From Ignavibacteriales bacterium (GTDB taxonomy: Bacteria > Bacteroidota > Ignavibacteria > Ignavibacteriales > SURF-24), in assembly GCA_036261625.1 (NCBI GenBank), contig DATAKL010000044.1, positions 72,352-136,351 on the forward strand: DNA of 64,000 nt, given 5' to 3'. The notes beneath the pieces were generated by a model. That model was not told where the DNA came from. It ran no database searches and was given only the letters and a program-made list of their open reading frames with translations. Below, piece by piece: positions 22,606 to 33,223 of the stretch. A program made the translations under genes and the position numbers. Position 1 is the first letter of the stretch, and the number at the start of each line of letters is the position of its first letter.

Positions 22606-24120
22606 TTGAAAAAACTCGCTTTAATTAGTGTATCAGATAAATCCAACATTGTTGAGTTTGCGCGTGAACTTTCCAGCCTGGATTACGAAATTCTGGCCAC
22701 AGGCAATACTGCAAAGCTTCTTCATCAGAATGAGATAAAGTGTACTGAGATCAGCGATTTTACAAAGTTTCCTGAGATATTCTCAGGCAGGGTAAAAACC
22801 CTTCAGCCCCGAATATTCGGGGGAATACTGATGAGGCGCGATAACAAGTCGGATATCTCAGAGGCTGAAAAAAATAATGTGCTTCCGATTGATATCGTTT
22901 GTGTGAATTTATATCCCTTCCCAAAAATTGTGGAGCAGGATGTAGAGCTTGAAGTCAAGATTGAAAACATCGACATCGGGGGACCGAGCCTTATAAGGGC
23001 AGCTTCCAAGAATTACGAGTACGTTTCTGTACTTACCGACCCTGACCAGTATGAAGAGTTTCTGGGGGAATTAAAAAAAGGACAGATATCGCTTCAGACC
23101 AGGCAGCGTCTTGCAGCTGCGGCCTTTTCCTACACATCTTTTTACGATACGCTTATTGCAAATTTTCTCGAAAAGGCTTTTCAGGTCCCAAAGACAAACC
23201 TGCGCCTTAATTATCCCGTTTCGCAGTCACTCCGTTACGGAGAGAATCCGCACCAGGAAGCAGCCTTATACGGAAACTTCAGCCGCTATTTTGAAATTGT
23301 GCACGGCAAGGAGATATCCTATAACAATATTATAGACCTTGTTGCTGCCGTCGAACTGGTCCAGGAGCTTGAAGGCACGGCATGTGCCGTAGTAAAGCAT
23401 ACAAACCCGTGCGGGGCAGCCGTGGGAAGTAGCGTTCTGGATGCCTACGAAAGAGCTTTATCTTCCGATCCTGTTTCAGCCTTTGGAGGCATTGTTTCCT
23501 TCAATAAGGAGGTTGACAAGGAAACAGCCGGGAAGTTAAATGAAATATTTTTAGAGATAGTTTGTGCTCCTTCTTTTACGGAAGAAGCCATGGAAATCCT
23601 GGTTAAAAAAAAGAACAGAAGGATTGTAAGAGTTCTAAGGTCACTCTCAGATGAGACAATGCTTTATAAGAGCGTTCCGGGAGGACTTATAGCACAGGCA
23701 AAGGACAATTCCATTCTCGACGTTGAGCAGACCAGGACAGTTACCAGGCGCCAGGTTTCTTCAGATGAGTGGACCGATCTTAAGCTTGCCTGGGTTGTCT
23801 GCAAGCACACAAAAAGCAATGCAATTGTCTTTGCAAAGGACCGTAAGATTCTAGGTGTCGGAGCCGGACAGATGTCGAGGGTAGACTCGGCAAGGCTGGC
23901 GGTCTTAAAGGCTAAGGAAAATGGGCACAATTTGGAAAATGCAGTGGCTGCTTCAGATGCATTTTTCCCATTTGCAGATGGAGTTATCGAAATAGCACAA
24001 AACGGTATAAATGTTGTCATTCAACCGGGTGGCTCTGTCAGAGATGATGAAGTTATAAAAGCAGCAGATGAAAATAATATAGCAATGGTATTTACCGGAA
24101 TAAGAAATTTTAAGCACTAA
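22606..24120 (+). CDS. purH: Bifunctional AICAR transformylase / IMP cyclohydrolase
   Basis: MGS-like N-terminus ALISVSDKSNIVEFA, VKTLQPRIFGGIL, KHTNPCGAA, and C-terminal VIQPGGSVRDDEVI. TTG start. Confidence 0.92.
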   Translation: MKKLALISVSDKSNIVEFARELSSLDYEILATGNTAKLLHQNEIKCTEISDFTKFPEIFSGRVKTLQPRIFGGILMRRDNKSDISEAEKNNVLPIDIVCVNLYPFPKIVEQDVELEVKIENIDIGGPSLIRAASKNYEYVSVLTDPDQYEEFLGELKKGQISLQTRQRLAAAAFSYTSFYDTLIANFLEKAFQVPKTNLRLNYPVSQSLRYGENPHQEAALYGNFSRYFEIVHGKEISYNNIIDLVAAVELVQELEGTACAVVKHTNPCGAAVGSSVLDAYERALSSDPVSAFGGIVSFNKEVDKETAGKLNEIFLEIVCAPSFTEEAMEILVKKKNRRIVRVLRSLSDETMLYKSVPGGLIAQAKDNSILDVEQTRTVTRRQVSSDEWTDLKLAWVVCKHTKSNAIVFAKDRKILGVGAGQMSRVDSARLAVLKAKENGHNLENAVAASDAFFPFADGVIEIAQNGINVVIQPGGSVRDDEVIKAADENNIAMVFTGIRNFKH

Positions 24121-24128
24121 GAGGTTAT

Positions 24129-25154
24129 ATGGGAATATTCGATTTTTTTTCAACAGACATCGCAATTGATTTAGGAACTGCAAATACCTTAATTTATCTC
24201 AAAGGCAAGGGTATTGTCTTAAATGAGCCGTCTATCGTTGCCTATGACAGAAACACCAAGAAAATTATCGCTCTTGGCAACAAGGCAAAGGAGATGCAGG
24301 GCAGGGAGCACAAGGAAATCCGCGTAACCCGTCCGATGCGCGATGGTGTTATTGCCGATTTTGAAATTGCCGAAGGGATGATTAAGGCTTTTATTAAGAA
24401 GGTCAGCAACGGTCCTATCTCCAGCAGAAGAATTATTATCGCTGTACCGAGCGGTGTAACAGAAGTTGAAAAAAGAGCTGTACGCGACAGTGCTGAGCAT
24501 GCTGGCGCAAAGGAAGTTCATCTGATTGCTGAGCCGATGGCTGCAGCCATTGGAATAGGAATTGACGTGGAGGCTCCTGTTGGAAGCATGATTATTGATA
24601 TCGGCGGCGGTACGACTGAAATTGCAGTAATTGCTCTTTCAGGTATTGTCAATGAAGAATCGATCAGGATTGCCGGCGATGAAATGAATAACGCTATAAT
24701 GCAGTTTTTCAAGAAAAACCACAACCTCCTCATCGGTGAAAGAACTGCTGAGGCAATTAAATGCGAGGTGGGCAGCGCAGTTCCTCTTAAGGAAGAAATT
24801 ACAGTCCAGGTTAAAGGACGCGATCTGGTGGGCGGCGTTCCCAAGACAGCCGAGGTTAGTTCGGTTGAAATCAGGGAAGCCCTCAATGAGAATGTTTCGC
24901 AGATAGTTGAAGCTGTAAAGCAGTCCTTAGAGCGTACTCCGCCTGAACTTTCTGCTGACATACTCGACCGCGGTGTTATGATTACAGGCGGCGGTGCCCT
25001 TCTTAAAGGCATAGACGAAAGAATCCGCATGGAAACCAATCTGCCGGTTCACGTGGCCGAGGACCCTTTGACAGCTGTAGCCAGAGGCGCTGGAAAGACT
25101 ATCGATAATTTAAATAAATATTCAAAAGTATTTATTCGCAATAGAAGATATTGA
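24129..25154 (+). CDS. mreB: Rod shape-determining protein MreB
   Basis: Actin-like ATPase motifs DLGTANTLIY, DIGGGTTEIAV and ITGGGALL. Confidence 0.95.
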   Translation: MGIFDFFSTDIAIDLGTANTLIYLKGKGIVLNEPSIVAYDRNTKKIIALGNKAKEMQGREHKEIRVTRPMRDGVIADFEIAEGMIKAFIKKVSNGPISSRRIIIAVPSGVTEVEKRAVRDSAEHAGAKEVHLIAEPMAAAIGIGIDVEAPVGSMIIDIGGGTTEIAVIALSGIVNEESIRIAGDEMNNAIMQFFKKNHNLLIGERTAEAIKCEVGSAVPLKEEITVQVKGRDLVGGVPKTAEVSSVEIREALNENVSQIVEAVKQSLERTPPELSADILDRGVMITGGGALLKGIDERIRMETNLPVHVAEDPLTAVARGAGKTIDNLNKYSKVFIRNRRY

Positions 25155-25987
25155 TGAAGGTTTTTTTTTCCAGATTCTGGTTTGGGTATAAAGAATATAT
25201 TATAGTAGTATTACTACTTGTCATAAGCCTTTCTGTACTTTCTCTGAACAGCAAACCGGGAATAAAGAAGGTGAAAGCCTATGCTTTTGGAGGGTTTGCT
25301 GTTTGTACTTCCGGTGTTTCTAAGATACTGGAACCTTTCAGTACCGCCTTTGAAGTTGAATCCTTAAGGGAGGAAAACGCCCGGCTTATGCTGCAGGTAA
25401 ACCGCTTAAGAGAGTACGGCCTTCAGAACGAGGAACTGAAAAAACAGCTCGCTCTTAAGGACTCCTCCCAGTATCCTTTGGTCTCAGCCAGGGTTGTCTC
25501 AAAGTTTGTATCTGCTTCACAGGGAAACTTTATCATTAATGCAGGCGATGACCGGAATATTAAAACCGGAATGCCTGTCATTAACAGCCAGGGACTCTTA
25601 GGTGTTGTTACAACTGTCTCAAAAGATTACTCGATCGTAAGGACACTCAGGAACCGGGAGCTGAAATTCGCTGTAAAAAACCAGAGAAGCCGCTTTGACG
25701 GGGTTTTGGAATGGAATGGAAAAGAACTGACCATTAAGAATGTGCCTAAGACATATGATATGGAAGTAGGGGACAGAATAGTAACCTCAGATTTCAGCAC
25801 GAAATTTCCTCCCTCTATTCCGGTCGGCGTCGTTGCAGGCGGCAACAGGGATAAGACAGGAATTTTCAATAATATAGTTGTCAGTCCCTATGCTGATTTT
25901 GTGCGTGTTGAGCATGTCTTTGTGATTGCTTTTGTTCCCAGCGTTCAGAAGAACAATTTAGAGTTAAATTTAATTAAAAATAACTGA
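25154..25987 (+). CDS. mreC: Rod shape-determining protein MreC
   Basis: N-terminal TM, coiled-coil (ENARLMLQVNRLRE) and beta-barrel domains (GMPVINSQGLLGVV). The ATG overlaps the mreB stop (TGATG). Position in the mre operon supports the call. Confidence 0.85.
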   Translation: MKVFFSRFWFGYKEYIIVVLLLVISLSVLSLNSKPGIKKVKAYAFGGFAVCTSGVSKILEPFSTAFEVESLREENARLMLQVNRLREYGLQNEELKKQLALKDSSQYPLVSARVVSKFVSASQGNFIINAGDDRNIKTGMPVINSQGLLGVVTTVSKDYSIVRTLRNRELKFAVKNQRSRFDGVLEWNGKELTIKNVPKTYDMEVGDRIVTSDFSTKFPPSIPVGVVAGGNRDKTGIFNNIVVSPYADFVRVEHVFVIAFVPSVQKNNLELNLIKNN

Positions 25988-26475
25988 TGCGTGCCGACTA
26001 TTTAATTGCAATTTTATTGCTGATACCGCTGACTATTATTCAGCTGACGGTAATTCCCCTGTTTTCATACAATCAGATAGCACCTGATCTTGTACTGATA
26101 CTTTTAGTCTATTATACTTTAAGAATGGGACAGATGCACGGGACTATTCTGGGCTTTATTTTCGGGCTTTTCTTTGACCTGGTTTCCGGCGGTATACTTG
26201 GAAGCGCCATGTTTTCAAAAACATTGAGCGGATTTCTTGCTGGATATTTTTATAATGAAAATAAAGTAGAGCTTAATCTTCATACTTTTATGTTTCTTTT
26301 TATTGTTCTTGTAATCGGGACCGTCGATTCTGTAACATATTCATTCTTCGGTTCGGCTGATACCAGTTCAAATATGTTGACACTTATTCTGGTACAGGGA
26401 CTTTTCCCTGCCATGTATTCGTCAGTTTTATCGTTACCTATGGTTATATTTCATTCAAGAAAGATATTCGCATGA
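25987..26475 (+). CDS. mreD: Rod shape-determining protein MreD
   Basis: Small polytopic membrane protein with the PDLVLILLVYY pattern. The call rests on position between mreC and PBP2. Start overlaps the mreC stop. Confidence 0.75.
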   Translation: MRADYLIAILLLIPLTIIQLTVIPLFSYNQIAPDLVLILLVYYTLRMGQMHGTILGFIFGLFFDLVSGGILGSAMFSKTLSGFLAGYFYNENKVELNLHTFMFLFIVLVIGTVDSVTYSFFGSADTSSNMLTLILVQGLFPAMYSSVLSLPMVIFHSRKIFA

Positions 26476-28385
26476 CCAACAGCAGAAAATTTGGAACTGA
26501 TGTAAGGAAAAGTATTTTATACTACATCCTTGTTTCCTTTTGTGCCGTTTTAGTATTTCAGCTGTTTAACATGCAGGTTATTAAGCATGAGTTTTTCGAC
26601 GAGAAATCAGCTGATAACAGCATTAAAGGAATAGTACAGACCCCCTTAAGGGGAGTGTTTTACGACAGAAATTATAAGATTGTTGTAAACAATAAGCCGT
26701 CCTATACTCTTCTTATTACGCCTTCTTCCTACAACAGGAAACTCAACAATGTAATTGAAACTGTTATCGGCGCCGAACCGGGATACATCGATGAGATCCT
26801 TGAGGACAATATCCAGTATTCCAAATATATCCCGATCCGCGTTCAGAGGGATGTCAGCTTCCAGGTCATAAGCTGGATCGAGGAGAACAAGGAACAGCTC
26901 CCGGGCGTAAGCTATATAGTGGACATGGAAAGGGAGTACCCCGACAGCATCATGGCTTCCCACATGTTCGGTTATACCAAGGAGATTTCCCGAAAGCAGC
27001 TAGAAGCCGATAAAGGCTATTACGACATGGGGGATTTCATAGGCAATAACGGCATTGAAAAGACCTATGAAAAATACCTGAGGGGAGTAAAAGGCGTAAA
27101 GTATATGCTCGTTGATTCCAGGAGAAGGGAAATCGGGCGCTTTAAGGACGGCCTTAACGACAAGGAATCCATTAAGGGTGACGACCTGGTCCTCACAATT
27201 GATGCAGATGCACAGAAAGCAGCCGAACGGGGCTTTAAGGGGCTCAAAGGGGCTCTCGTTGCAATTGAACCCAAAACGGGTGAGATTATTGCATTTGTGA
27301 GCTCTCCGGAGTACGACCTGAATAATTTTACAACCGTAACGCCAAAGGAGATCTGGAGAAACTTAAACAGCGACCCCGATAAGCCTCTTTACAACCGTGC
27401 CACACTTTCAGTTCTGCCTCCCGGGTCGACATTCAAGCCTTTGGCTGCAATTGCAGCCCTGGAAGAGGGAGTTATTACTCCGCAGACTGTAATTAACTGC
27501 CCGGGAGGGTTTTATTTCGGACGCTTCTTCAAGTGCCACGGAGGCCCCCATGGTCCAATGACAGTTGAGCATGCACTTGAGAAATCGTGCAATACTTTCT
27601 TCTATCAGCTGATTCTTAGGATAGGTCTGGACAAGTGGTCAGATTATGCAAAGAGGTTCGGCTTCGGTCACAAAACAGGCGTGGACATCAGCGAGGAGAA
27701 CAGAGGTATTGTTCCTTCAACGGAATATTACAATAAAAGATACGGTCCTAACGGCTGGACAAAAGGTTTCATAGTTTCTTTAGGTATAGGACAGGGGGAA
27801 CTCAGCGTAACCCCGATGCAGCTGGCGAAGTATGTCTCCTTAATTGCTAACGACGGCAAGTCGGTTAAGCCTCACCTGGTAAGAGGTTATATGGATCCTG
27901 AGACGAAGAAGCTGGTTCCATTCAAGTTTGACCCGATAGACACCAAGGTAAGCAAAAAAACAATGGAAATTGTAAAGCACGGCATGTACCTTGTGGTCAA
28001 CGGCGCCGGTACGGCAGGCAACGCAAAGATTCCCGGAATTACCGTTGCCGGAAAAACAGGAACCGCGCAGAACCCGCGTGGAAAGGATCATGCCTGGTTT
28101 ATGGGGTTCGCACCATATGAGGACCCGAAGATAGCAGTAGCCGTATTGGTCGAGAACGCTGGTTTCGGCGCCACCTGGGCCGCCCCGATTGCTAAGAGCG
28201 TAATGATGGCTTACCTGAATAAATCAAGTCTGCCGCAGAACCAGACCGTTTCAAAAGATTCCAATGGACTTAAAAATCAGAATGCATTAAAAGATCAGAA
28301 TGTGCCTAAAGTGCAGAATGGATCTAAAGAACAAAACAGACCTAAAGGTGAGGAGAAGATAGTTGCGGCCTCGATCAAGAATTGA
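26472..28385 (+). CDS. mrdA: Penicillin-binding protein 2 (elongasome transpeptidase)
   Basis: N-terminal TM and PBP dimerisation domain. Transpeptidase motifs STFKP (SxxK), SCN (SxN) and KTGTA (KTG). ATGA overlap with mreD. Confidence 0.9.
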   Translation: MTNSRKFGTDVRKSILYYILVSFCAVLVFQLFNMQVIKHEFFDEKSADNSIKGIVQTPLRGVFYDRNYKIVVNNKPSYTLLITPSSYNRKLNNVIETVIGAEPGYIDEILEDNIQYSKYIPIRVQRDVSFQVISWIEENKEQLPGVSYIVDMEREYPDSIMASHMFGYTKEISRKQLEADKGYYDMGDFIGNNGIEKTYEKYLRGVKGVKYMLVDSRRREIGRFKDGLNDKESIKGDDLVLTIDADAQKAAERGFKGLKGALVAIEPKTGEIIAFVSSPEYDLNNFTTVTPKEIWRNLNSDPDKPLYNRATLSVLPPGSTFKPLAAIAALEEGVITPQTVINCPGGFYFGRFFKCHGGPHGPMTVEHALEKSCNTFFYQLILRIGLDKWSDYAKRFGFGHKTGVDISEENRGIVPSTEYYNKRYGPNGWTKGFIVSLGIGQGELSVTPMQLAKYVSLIANDGKSVKPHLVRGYMDPETKKLVPFKFDPIDTKVSKKTMEIVKHGMYLVVNGAGTAGNAKIPGITVAGKTGTAQNPRGKDHAWFMGFAPYEDPKIAVAVLVENAGFGATWAAPIAKSVMMAYLNKSSLPQNQTVSKDSNGLKNQNALKDQNVPKVQNGSKEQNRPKGEEKIVAASIKN

Positions 28386-29610
28386 TTATCAGTTAGAAGA
28401 CAAATTTGATGTAGTACTGTTTCTCTCGGTATTTTTACTGACAGGAATAGGCCTAGTTGCAATCTACAGCGCAACGCTGCATAATCCCTCTGCGAGCGGA
28501 AACTTCACAAAGCAGCTCTTTTGGGTTGGTGTTTCTACGACTATATTTTTTATTACCTATTTTGCCTCCCCAAGGAGCTTTAATTTGGTTTCCGTGCCGT
28601 CCTATATCTTTACCATACTTCTTCTTGTTGCGGTGCTTGTTATTGGAAAAAGGGTCTACGGTCAGAAGTGCTGGATTGATATCGGGCCTTTCAGCATGCA
28701 GCCATCCGAGTTTGCAAAGGTCGGTACGGTACTTTTCCTTTCTATGTTCTTAAGCCGTGAGAAAACAAACATTGAATCTATCTGGAGCATAATTACTGGT
28801 TTTGCTATCGGCTTCATACCCGTCATACTGATTCTTTTGGAGCCTGATATGGGCACGGCGCTGGTATTCCTTTCTCTGACAGTTGTACTTGTTTTCTGGA
28901 AGGGGATCAGCCTTTTCGGCCTGTTTACGATGATTTCGCCCGGGCTTGCTGTTTTTTCATCAATGTTCGGGACTGTACCTTTTATAATTTGCCTTGCTGC
29001 AGTTGCTGCCGGGCTTTTCTTTTTCAAAAAGAAACTGATCATAAGCGGCGCAATCTTTGCCATGAACCTTGGTGCCGGATTTATCTTTAACTTTGTATTT
29101 AAGTACTTAAGTCCGCACCAGAAACAGCTGATTGAAACCTTTGTCGACCCGAACAGTGATCCTCTTGGCGCCGGCTATAACGCAATTCAGGCTAAAGTCG
29201 CAATCGGTTCAGGCGGACTGTTGGGCAAGGGATACCTGATGGGAAACCAGACTCAGCTGAGGTTTATACCGGAGCAGTGGACAGACTTTATTTTCTGCGT
29301 TATCGGGGAGGAATTCGGCCTGATTGGAAGCCTTATTGTAGTCAGTCTCTTCTTTTTCCTTTTCTTCAGGCTTCTTAAAATAGCCTCTCAGGTACGGGAG
29401 AGAAACGAGTTTAACAGCTTTGTTGTCATAGGCACTCTGGCCGTGCTTTTTACCCACTTTGCAATTAATATCGGCATGACAGTCGGCCTTATGCCGATTA
29501 TAGGCGTTCCGCTTCCTTTCCTAAGCTATGGCGGAAGCTCGCTTATGGCAAATATGTTCCTCGTTGGAATTGTAGCCAATATTTACAAAAACAGAAAGCA
29601 GTATACCTGA
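28363..29610 (+). CDS. rodA: Peptidoglycan glycosyltransferase RodA (SEDS family)
   Basis: FtsW/RodA/SpoVE pattern with about 10 TM segments, [15 protein letters not shown] and [14 protein letters not shown] start with a GGTGAGGAG RBS. Confidence 0.88.
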   Translation: MRPRSRIDYQLEDKFDVVLFLSVFLLTGIGLVAIYSATLHNPSASGNFTKQLFWVGVSTTIFFITYFASPRSFNLVSVPSYIFTILLLVAVLVIGKRVYGQKCWIDIGPFSMQPSEFAKVGTVLFLSMFLSREKTNIESIWSIITGFAIGFIPVILILLEPDMGTALVFLSLTVVLVFWKGISLFGLFTMISPGLAVFSSMFGTVPFIICLAAVAAGLFFFKKKLIISGAIFAMNLGAGFIFNFVFKYLSPHQKQLIETFVDPNSDPLGAGYNAIQAKVAIGSGGLLGKGYLMGNQTQLRFIPEQWTDFIFCVIGEEFGLIGSLIVVSLFFFLFFRLLKIASQVRERNEFNSFVVIGTLAVLFTHFAINIGMTVGLMPIIGVPLPFLSYGGSSLMANMFLVGIVANIYKNRKQYT

Positions 29611-29631
29611 TAACTTAAAAACCGGTTTAAC

Positions 29632-30441
29632 ATGACTTCACAGGAAAAACTTCAAAAAAAGCTGAATGAGGGAAAGCACATAACCGTCGGTCTGGATACC
29701 GATATAAAGAAAATCCCAAAGCATCTTTTAAGTGAAAAAGATCCCGTTCTGAAGTTCAACGAGATCATAATTGAAAATACCAGCCAATTTGCCTCATCCT
29801 ACAAACTGAACCTGGCATTCTATGAAAAAGAGGGAAGCCGGGGTCTGGAGCTCCTCCAGAAGACACTGGAACTTATCCCTAAGGACATTCTTACCATTGG
29901 AGACGCAAAAAGAGGGGACATTGGTAATACCAGCCAGATGTATGCCCAAAGCATATTCGAGCACTTTAAGTTTGATTCCGTGACCCTTCACCCGTATATG
30001 GGTTTTGACTCAGTGGAGCCCTTCCTTCAGTACGAGGAGAGGCTGAGTTTCATGCTCGCCCTTACATCCAACCCCGGATCGAAGGATTTTGAAAAGCTGG
30101 AGCTTAAAGACGGGCGCTACCTTTACCAGGAAGTGATCTCGAAGGTAAAAAAGTGGAACAGTAAGAATAACTGCGGCATAGTTTTCGGCGCTACAAATGA
30201 AAAAGAGCTTTCTGAGAACGTCGGTTCATTTGATGATCTCTTTGTGCTTCTTCCTGGCATCGGTGCCCAGGGGGGAAGTCTGGAGGCTGTGGTAGAGGCC
30301 TTTAAGGAAAGCAAAAAGGAAAAATTCCTCATCAATGTAAGCCGCGGGCTGATTTATAAGGACAATAGCCCGTCCTTCGGCAGAGCGGCCAAGGAAGAGA
30401 TCATCAGCCTTAACATCAAGGTTGCCGGGATCTGGAATTAA
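29632..30441 (+). CDS. pyrF: Orotidine 5'-phosphate decarboxylase (long, type 2 form)
   Basis: VGLDTD, KLNLAFYE, GDAKRGDIGNT and LPGIGAQGG motifs. Confidence 0.85.
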   Translation: MTSQEKLQKKLNEGKHITVGLDTDIKKIPKHLLSEKDPVLKFNEIIIENTSQFASSYKLNLAFYEKEGSRGLELLQKTLELIPKDILTIGDAKRGDIGNTSQMYAQSIFEHFKFDSVTLHPYMGFDSVEPFLQYEERLSFMLALTSNPGSKDFEKLELKDGRYLYQEVISKVKKWNSKNNCGIVFGATNEKELSENVGSFDDLFVLLPGIGAQGGSLEAVVEAFKESKKEKFLINVSRGLIYKDNSPSFGRAAKEEIISLNIKVAGIWN

Positions 30442-30484
30442 GAGGGAAAAAGGTTTCAGGTTGCTTAAAAATCGGTCAATTAAT

Positions 30485-30511
30485 AAAAAATGAGCTTCGG
30501 CTCATTTTTTA
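30485..30511 (+). terminator. Rho-independent terminator after pyrF
   Basis: AAAAAATGAGC-TTCG-GCTCATTTTTT, a perfect stem with a tetraloop and T-run. The flanking A-run makes it potentially bidirectional. Confidence 0.85.
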
Positions 30512-30606
30512 TTTGAAAAGCAGGATTTTAAGAAATAAATTTATATATTATATAGTCTCAGGTTCTCATATATCATCCGTATTGACCATAAAATTGAGGA
30601 TATCAT

Positions 30607-32103
30607 ATGAACCGTGTTACTAAAGTCACTGAAAAAGCCCTCTACGAAGTCTGGAAATCAGAGGACTTAAAAAAGCTGATAAGCACAATCGACGGTGAGT
30701 CGGTATCCATTATGGATGCCGGGTTCCACAATACAGACACCTCGGGTCCAGATTTTAAGAATGCCAGGATTCGAATAGGCAATCTGACCTATGTGGGGGA
30801 TGTTGAGATTGATGTTGACGTCAGTGACTGGCGCAGCCACGGGCACTATCAGGACCAAAAGTATACCAGTGTCATTCTTCATGTAGTTCTCAATAATAAA
30901 CACCGCCATCCGTTTGTTTACAGCTCAGATAAAAGAAAAATCCCGGTTCTCTGCATTACAGATTTCATAGACAGCAGCCTTTCCATCGAAGCCTTAGAGG
31001 AAGCTTCAAATGAAGCCGGCTCAGGAATCAACCATTTAAGATGCACACAGAAAAGCCAGAAGATAGAAAACAAATTAAAGATCGATTTTCTTTATAATCT
31101 GGGCATTCAACGTTTCCGTAAAAGATGCGATAAGATATATGCCAGGCTCAAGGAACTGGCTTATATTAAGGAACTTGACATGAAGGAGCCCGTAATAGGC
31201 TACGATCTGACGGAAGAGTTTCAGGCGAGGGAGTTTTCATTTAAGGATTTTAAGAATAAGGATCTCTGGCAGCAGCTTTTCTATGAATTTCTCTTCGAGG
31301 CCCTTGGCTACTCAAACAACAAGGCTATCATGCTTAAGCTCTCTCAGTCGGCTAATATCCGCTTCTTACGCTCAGCCGTCTATGAAGCAAATTCACTTGA
31401 TACAATAAGAGCCTGCCTATTTTACATTTCGGGGCTCATTTCCCCGGAGAAAACCTACAGCAATCCTGAAGTTTCAGAATATGCAGACAAAACAGTTAAG
31501 ATCTGGAATACAATAAAAGACCGCTACGACGGAAAGATCTACAGTGACGTCAGCTGGCACTTCTTCAAATTAAGACCTCAGAACTTTCCGACGATCCGTC
31601 TTGCCGGCGGCGCAGTGCTGCTGCACAGGATCATGTTTGAGGATATGCTGGGAAGAATGATCAAGAAATTTGAGGAGATAAAAAACAGGGAAGTTCTCCT
31701 CCGTTCGGTAAAATCCCTTTTTATAGTTCCTTCAGACGGCTTCTGGAAAAGCCACTATGTGCTGGACAAGACGGCCGAAGATGAAATAAAGTACTTTATC
31801 GGGGGCTCCAGAATAGATGATATTATCATAAATATTGTTCTGCCGTTTGTATCCATATATTCCGAAATTCACGGGAACAGGGATCTTTCAAGGAACGTTC
31901 TGCAGATATTCTCCTCGTACGTTCAGCCCGACAACAACAACATCGTAAAAACCGTAGCCAGTTCTCTCCAGGTTGAAGACTCATGGAAAAGGAGCGTACT
32001 CTCGCAGGGGATGATTGAGCTCTTCAGGAATTTCTGCTCCAGGGATAAGTGCCGCGAGTGCGAGATAGGGAAAGTGCTGACAGAAGAAGGAATTAAAAAT
32101 TAA
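30607..32103 (+). CDS. DUF2851-family protein (function unknown)
   Basis: The N-terminal block LYEVW...DG..V.I.D.G.HN.D.SGPDF.NARIRIG....VGDVEIDV.VSDWRSHGH..D..Y..VILHVV matches my recollection of DUF2851. C-terminal cysteine cluster CSRDKCRECEIG. Confidence 0.6.
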   Translation: MNRVTKVTEKALYEVWKSEDLKKLISTIDGESVSIMDAGFHNTDTSGPDFKNARIRIGNLTYVGDVEIDVDVSDWRSHGHYQDQKYTSVILHVVLNNKHRHPFVYSSDKRKIPVLCITDFIDSSLSIEALEEASNEAGSGINHLRCTQKSQKIENKLKIDFLYNLGIQRFRKRCDKIYARLKELAYIKELDMKEPVIGYDLTEEFQAREFSFKDFKNKDLWQQLFYEFLFEALGYSNNKAIMLKLSQSANIRFLRSAVYEANSLDTIRACLFYISGLISPEKTYSNPEVSEYADKTVKIWNTIKDRYDGKIYSDVSWHFFKLRPQNFPTIRLAGGAVLLHRIMFEDMLGRMIKKFEEIKNREVLLRSVKSLFIVPSDGFWKSHYVLDKTAEDEIKYFIGGSRIDDIIINIVLPFVSIYSEIHGNRDLSRNVLQIFSSYVQPDNNNIVKTVASSLQVEDSWKRSVLSQGMIELFRNFCSRDKCRECEIGKVLTEEGIKN

Positions 32104-32321
32104 AAATTAAAAAGCAGGGGCCGAGTGCTTTGGGGGCTTACATACCTCATATCTTAACCATAAGGGCTTACGATTGCTCACGAAAAGGCTTTTAGCCTGA
32201 AGAACAATTTGACTTCCTTTAATATTTTCTATAATCTTAAAATTTATTATAATTATTCTGATGCAATCGGTTTTGCAATAGAGTTCCTGTTTAATTATTG
32301 AAAATAAAAAGAGAGAATTAT

Positions 32322-33113
32322 ATGGATTTTCAGTTGAAAGACAAGACAGTACTTGTAACAGCTTCCAGTTCAGGTATAGGGCGTGCAGTGGCAGAGATTT
32401 TTGTGCAGGAGGGCTGCAATGTGGCTATCTGCGCGCGTACAAAAGAGAGCTTAATTAAAGCTGCAGATGAGATAAAGAAAGCCTACGGAGTTGAGCCTTT
32501 ATGGTGTGTATGCGATATAAATGCTGCAAAGGATATCAGTACGACAATCGATGTGGTAAATAAGAACTTCGGGCATATTGATATACTGGTCAATAACTGC
32601 GGTGGACCGGTGCCGGGCATTTTTGAAAATCTGAATGATGAGGAGTGGCAGTCGGCATTCGAACAGGTTCTTCTGAGCGTTGTAAGGTTCAGCCGGGCTG
32701 TCCTTCCGATGATGAAGGAACGCAGGTGGGGCAGGATCATTAATTTAACTTCAATTGCGGTCAAGCAGCCCCTGGAGAACCTCATGCTTTCAAACAGCCT
32801 TAGGAATGCGGTAATCGGATTTACCAAAACCCTCAGCAATGAAGCCGGTAAGTACAATGTAACGGTAAACAGCGTAGCCCCCGGCTACACGCTTACAAAA
32901 AGACTTTATGAGCTTTCCATTAACAGGGCAAAGCTAACAGGAGAAAGCCACGAGCATACACTGGCTGAGATGGCAAAGGAAGTGCCTCTTTCGCGCCTGG
33001 CCAGGCCTGACGAAATTGCCTCGGCAGTTGTATACCTGGCAAGTGAACAGGCCGGCTATATAACAGGCAATACGATCCAGGTCGACGGAGGCTTATATAA
33101 AGGGGTTTACTAG
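32322..33113 (+). CDS. SDR-family oxidoreductase, atypical (FabG-like fold without the canonical YxxxK)
   Basis: Rossmann TASSSGIGRAVA and NNCGG. Aligned by eye to FabG, the Y-x3-K positions read S-x3-R (MLSNSLRNAVIGF). Start set at ATG 32322 (MDFQLKDK). Confidence 0.75.
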   Translation: MDFQLKDKTVLVTASSSGIGRAVAEIFVQEGCNVAICARTKESLIKAADEIKKAYGVEPLWCVCDINAAKDISTTIDVVNKNFGHIDILVNNCGGPVPGIFENLNDEEWQSAFEQVLLSVVRFSRAVLPMMKERRWGRIINLTSIAVKQPLENLMLSNSLRNAVIGFTKTLSNEAGKYNVTVNSVAPGYTLTKRLYELSINRAKLTGESHEHTLAEMAKEVPLSRLARPDEIASAVVYLASEQAGYITGNTIQVDGGLYKGVY

Positions 33114-33223
33114 GAAAGGTCTTGGAAAGAAAGTCATATGTACGTAGTGTAAAAGGTTTGAACGGAATGATTCTTTTATGAATTATTAGTACATTTGACT
33201 TTCTTTTATTAAAAACGAACAAA

